A stretch of 64,000 nucleotides of DNA from Methanobacteriota archaeon (GTDB taxonomy: Archaea > Methanobacteriota > Methanobacteria > Methanobacteriales > Methanobacteriaceae). A model generated the notes under the pieces. It made no database searches. It saw nothing but the letters and a program-made list of their open reading frames with translations, and had not been told where the DNA came from. Numbering within the stretch: position 1 is the first letter of the stretch; each line of letters begins with the position of its first letter. This document shows positions 60,478-64,000 of the stretch, piece after piece. Made by a program: the position numbers and the translations under genes. The stretch covers positions 64,001 to 128,000 of the forward strand of contig CAWBCJ010000029.1 of NCBI GenBank assembly GCA_963787255.1, given 5' to 3'.

Positions 60478-61155
60478 ATGCCCTCTTACAAAAAACACGT
60501 CTTATTTTCAATTATAATAGCTCTTCCATTTATTCACGACGTTTTTTATCTATCCCTTGCAGTTATTGGAACTTCTATAATTGACATGGATCACCATGTG
60601 AAGAAGAAAAATCTTATTATAATGACTATTTTTGGAATTTTATTGTCTTCTTCACTCTATATATTGAAATTACCTTTTTTTGTTGGCATTTCATTGATTA
60701 TGATGGCATTTATTTTTTATATTTCTAAACACAGAGGTTTTACTCATTCAATTTTTGGAACATTGGTATTGTCATTTCTTTTAACATTTTTTGTTTTAGG
60801 AATTATTCCGTTGCTTAACATGTTTAATGTTGACATTAAACTTTCTTTGATCTTAATATCTTTAATTTTAGGCATTATAGTTTTAAATAAGAAAATTTTT
60901 CTGCCTTACCTTATTCTTGTCCCCATAGGTATAGTTATAATGCCTGATTCAAATATAAGTCTTAATTATACATTTTTAGCAATATTTATAGGATGTATAA
61001 GCCATGTAATGCTTGATTTATTCACTCCCAGCGGAATAAGATTTTTAAATCCATTATCATCAAAAAAATTTAAAAAAGATTTAGGAATAGTTTTATTCAT
61101 TTTATGGATTATTGGAGCATTTATTTTTAATTTTAAAGATATTATTTTCATTTAA
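60478..61155 (+). CDS. YdjM-type membrane metal-dependent hydrolase
   Basis: YKKH, DMDH, HRGFTHS, SH..LD.FT..G. Confidence 0.85.
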   Translation: MPSYKKHVLFSIIIALPFIHDVFYLSLAVIGTSIIDMDHHVKKKNLIIMTIFGILLSSSLYILKLPFFVGISLIMMAFIFYISKHRGFTHSIFGTLVLSFLLTFFVLGIIPLLNMFNVDIKLSLILISLILGIIVLNKKIFLPYLILVPIGIVIMPDSNISLNYTFLAIFIGCISHVMLDLFTPSGIRFLNPLSSKKFKKDLGIVLFILWIIGAFIFNFKDIIFI

Positions 61156-61351
61156 TAGCTATCAGTTTATTAAATTCTTAATTTTTGTAATAACAAATCA
61201 GTTAAAAGTTATCTAAAAGAAAAAGAGGTAGATTTATATATCATGTTTTATCATTATAATTACATGATTTCATGGTTAAAATCAGAGCATACTTAATGAA
61301 AATACTTAGCCATGTTAATTATATCGTTTGCAACGTTAAAGAGGTTAATTC

Positions 61352-61666
61352 ATGAACATCATATTCAGAATATTCTATGCAATCGCTTATTTCATCATAC
61401 TCATTATTGAGATAATAAAAGCCACAATTGACGTGGCCCTGCGAACCGTAAACGGAAAGGTTGAGCCAGTAATTGTAGAAATTGATACTGAACTTAAAAG
61501 ACCTATTTCTCAAGTTATACTGGCCAACAGTATAACCTTAACACCCGGTACGCTTTCAATTGACGTAGACACGGAAAAATGCATAATAAAAGTTGCAACT
61601 ATTGTACCAAGAGCAAAAGAGGACGTTATTCCCTTTGAACGCTTTATAAAAGGATGGCTAGAGTAA
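61352..61666 (+). CDS. ehbA: Energy-converting hydrogenase B subunit A (MnhE-like)
   Basis: [17 protein letters not shown]; first gene of an Mrp-like cluster. Confidence 0.85.
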   Translation: MNIIFRIFYAIAYFIILIIEIIKATIDVALRTVNGKVEPVIVEIDTELKRPISQVILANSITLTPGTLSIDVDTEKCIIKVATIVPRAKEDVIPFERFIKGWLE

Positions 61667-61682
61667 AAATCAAGGTGTTAAA

Positions 61683-61943
61683 ATGGATATACTACTAATA
61701 TCTGAATATATTTTAATGGCAGCGCTGGCATTTTATTCAATTGCTACAATAAGAATTGCAACAAGGAAAACCATTTCCATGGGAATTGTTGGATTACTCG
61801 GTTTAAGTGCTGCAGTAGCAACAATACTAATTTTAATCAAATACATTTATGGAATAGCCTTTTGTAGTGACATAGCTCTAGCACTGGTTATTTTAGGTCC
61901 TGTTGGTACTATAGCGTTTTGTAAGGTCATACGGGGATGGTAA
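61683..61943 (+). CDS. ehbB: Ehb subunit B (MnhF-like)
   Basis: [17 protein letters not shown]; operon position. Confidence 0.8.
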   Translation: MDILLISEYILMAALAFYSIATIRIATRKTISMGIVGLLGLSAAVATILILIKYIYGIAFCSDIALALVILGPVGTIAFCKVIRGW

Positions 61944-61944
61944 A

Positions 61945-62217
61945 GTGGACGACATATTTACTTTGATAAAATCAGCAATTTTAATAATATCGGCGATTCT
62001 TGTGGTTCTTACAGCTATTGGACTTCTAAGATACAAGGACGATATGGAATTAATATTATATGCAAGAGTACATATGCTCGGAGTAGCGGACATGGCATGT
62101 ATCTTAGCCTTACTCTTTCTTAACGAGCCATTGCTGGCAGTTACATATTTCTTCCTGACACCATTTGCTTCACACGCCATAGCAAACGCTTACTACTATG
62201 GGGAGGAAAAACAATGA
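61945..62217 (+). CDS. ehbC: Ehb subunit C (MnhG-like)
   Basis: IGLLR..YAR.H; P...HAIA.A. Confidence 0.8.
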   Translation: MDDIFTLIKSAILIISAILVVLTAIGLLRYKDDMELILYARVHMLGVADMACILALLFLNEPLLAVTYFFLTPFASHAIANAYYYGEEKQ

Positions 62218-62450
62218 TTGAATACATATTAATGATTGTAGCAGTTTTAGGAGCAGTTATAGCGCTTACTCAAAGAGATCTCCTCAAAGCAGCCATATTA
62301 ACAGGAATTTCTGGGGCTGCAATTGCTTTCCTTTTCCAATTTTTACTGGCTCCAGATGTAGCCTTAACACAAGCAATAGTTGGTACCGCTATAATACCAG
62401 TATTCATTGCCTTAGCAGTTAAAAAGACACGGAGAATGGAGGAAGACTAA
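62214..62450 (+). CDS. ehbD: Ehb subunit D (DUF4040)
   Basis: DLLKAAI...[12 protein letters not shown]; ATGA overlap with ehbC. Confidence 0.82.
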   Translation: MIEYILMIVAVLGAVIALTQRDLLKAAILTGISGAAIAFLFQFLLAPDVALTQAIVGTAIIPVFIALAVKKTRRMEED

Positions 62451-62480
62451 GATTTCAACTTCTATAAATGAGGGATTATC

Positions 62481-62928
62481 ATGATTATAGACTCACAACT
62501 GGCATCGTTCTTCACAGCAGCAGCATTAATAATAATAGGCATTTATGCAGCACTGTTTCTGGATAATTTGATTAAAAAAATAATTGGCTTTTAGCCTTTA
62601 TTGGAGATGGAGTCAATCTATTTATAATTACTATGGGATATAAAGCCGGCGGGATAGTTTACATATTCCTTCCAGGAATGGCTGTGGACTGGTTTGCCCA
62701 AAACGCTTCTTATCCGCTACCATTTGCATTAGTACTTACCAGTATTGTTATAGGTGCAAGTACACTTGCTGTAATGCTTGGTTTAGTTATAGTACTTTAT
62801 AAAAAATACGGATCCATAAAAGCATCCAAGATTCTTGGAGAGAAAGAAAATCAGAACACGATATTCAGAATCACGTTTACAAGTCTTTGAAAACATTAGA
62901 AAAGTCAGTTCCAGGTGATAACTTATGA
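62481..62928 (+). CDS. ehbE: Ehb subunit E (MnhC-like); indel near 62590 and probably near 62848
   Basis: DNLIKKIIG then, shifted, [10 protein letters not shown]; [13 protein letters not shown]; an alternative frame ends in an ATGA overlap with ehbF (otherwise stop at 62890). Confidence 0.75.
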
Positions 62929-64000
62929 ATCCACTGATTGCATTAATGGTAATAATACCAATTGCATGTGCATTGCTTTTAAATCTGTTCCATACAAAGG
63001 ATAAAACTGTTAAAATACTAGCAATTGTTGTAGCATTGATTTTACCAATTATACCTTTATTTACAAGCTATGGTCTTCATTACTTTGGTGCATATAGTAC
63101 TTTAGCTCAAAGTCCAACATTAGCACAATGGGTACCGGCTTCCATTACTAGTTCAGCTTTAAACACATTTCACATGGGTATCGTATATTCATTTGCCAGT
63201 GCACAACAGATTCTCATAGTAATACTTGGAATAATAGCATTTTTAGCCATATTAACCTCCTTAAGCGAGACAAAAAAAGCTTCGGGAGTATATGCATTCC
63301 TTGATGTTCATGGGAGTTGCTTCAATGTCTGCTGTTATCCTCACTGATGATATATTCAATTTATATGTATTCTTCGAAATCACTGCAATAGCACAGGTGG
63401 GAATTGTAGTTGCTTCTAAAGTTAAAGGAAACATGGAAACTGCTCTAAAATACATGATTATAGGAAGCATCGCATCTCCCCGTTGCTTTTACTTGGAATA
63501 GCGTTGCTTCTTGGAGTTACCGGTAATGTTAATATTACTGACATAGTTTATTCGATTAAAACAGGTCTTGTAAATCCACAAAGTCCTGTATTACTTATGT
63601 CATGCGCTCTTATAATATTTGGATGGATGTATGCAGCAGGATTACCACCATTCCATACTATAAAGTCAGAAATATATAGCAAAGCACTTCCACACGGTGC
63701 GGCATTGCTTCAAGCCTTTTCAGTGTTTACATTAGTAGCACTTGGAATTGTCATATTTAGAATATTCTCATACCTCCCATTTTCAAAGGTATTTATCATT
63801 GCCATATCCTTAGCAGCTATGATATTGGGCATAACAATGGCATTAATGCAAACTGATTTCAAAAGAATTATCGGGTACCTTGCAGTTGGGGAACTTGGAT
63901 ACATTGGACTAGGACTTGGTATTGGTACCACTATGAGTATAACTGCTGGTCTTTTCCAGGCAGTAAATGAAGCCATAATAACAGCATTCCTGTTTATTGG
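62925..64000 (+). CDS. ehbF: Ehb subunit F (MnhD/NuoL-like antiporter subunit); indels near 63300 and 63480; runs off window end
   Basis: [27 protein letters not shown]...YL..GELGYI. Confidence 0.85.

Noticed and set aside
58418-62600. Sec/Pyl read-through at premature TGA (argG) and TAG (ehbE)
   Set aside because: Homology continues in a different frame, not in-frame past the stop

Overview
AT-rich core chromosome of a hydrogenotrophic methanogenic archaeon of the order Methanobacteriales, most like Methanobacterium. The left part holds the complete MCR I / Mtr cluster (mcrBDCGA-mtrEDCBAFGH, minus strand), flanked by methanogenesis markers mmp14, mmp10 and mmp7. Further along are coenzyme genes (cobY, comB, mptA, cofG, ftr, nnr), tRNA-modification genes (trm1, a TIGR00269 thiolase), Trk K+ uptake, argG, tRNA-Cys, an intron-containing tRNA-Trp with a box C/D guide in the intron, and the start of the ehb hydrogenase operon. 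Nine genes, including the essential mtrC and mtrH, carry small indels, which points to consensus errors rather than pseudogenes. No CRISPR array, IS element or prophage was seen. Best leads: (1) a K+ channel with RCK plus three tandem NiaR-type 3H domains, head-to-head with the NAD(P)HX repair enzyme; (2) an archaeal GTPBP1/2 GTPase with an apparently intact Schlafen-type RNase site; (3) an orphan Zn-ribbon + phage MuF-domain fusion; (4) a stand-alone type I restriction R C-terminal domain with its own TATA box and RBS; (5) a tRNA-Trp intron whose second guide does not match the host tRNA; (6) a shared structured leader on both TRAM genes; (7) a GerW/DUF2953 operon and other homologues of Firmicute sporulation genes. 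All family assignments come from motif recognition, not database searches.
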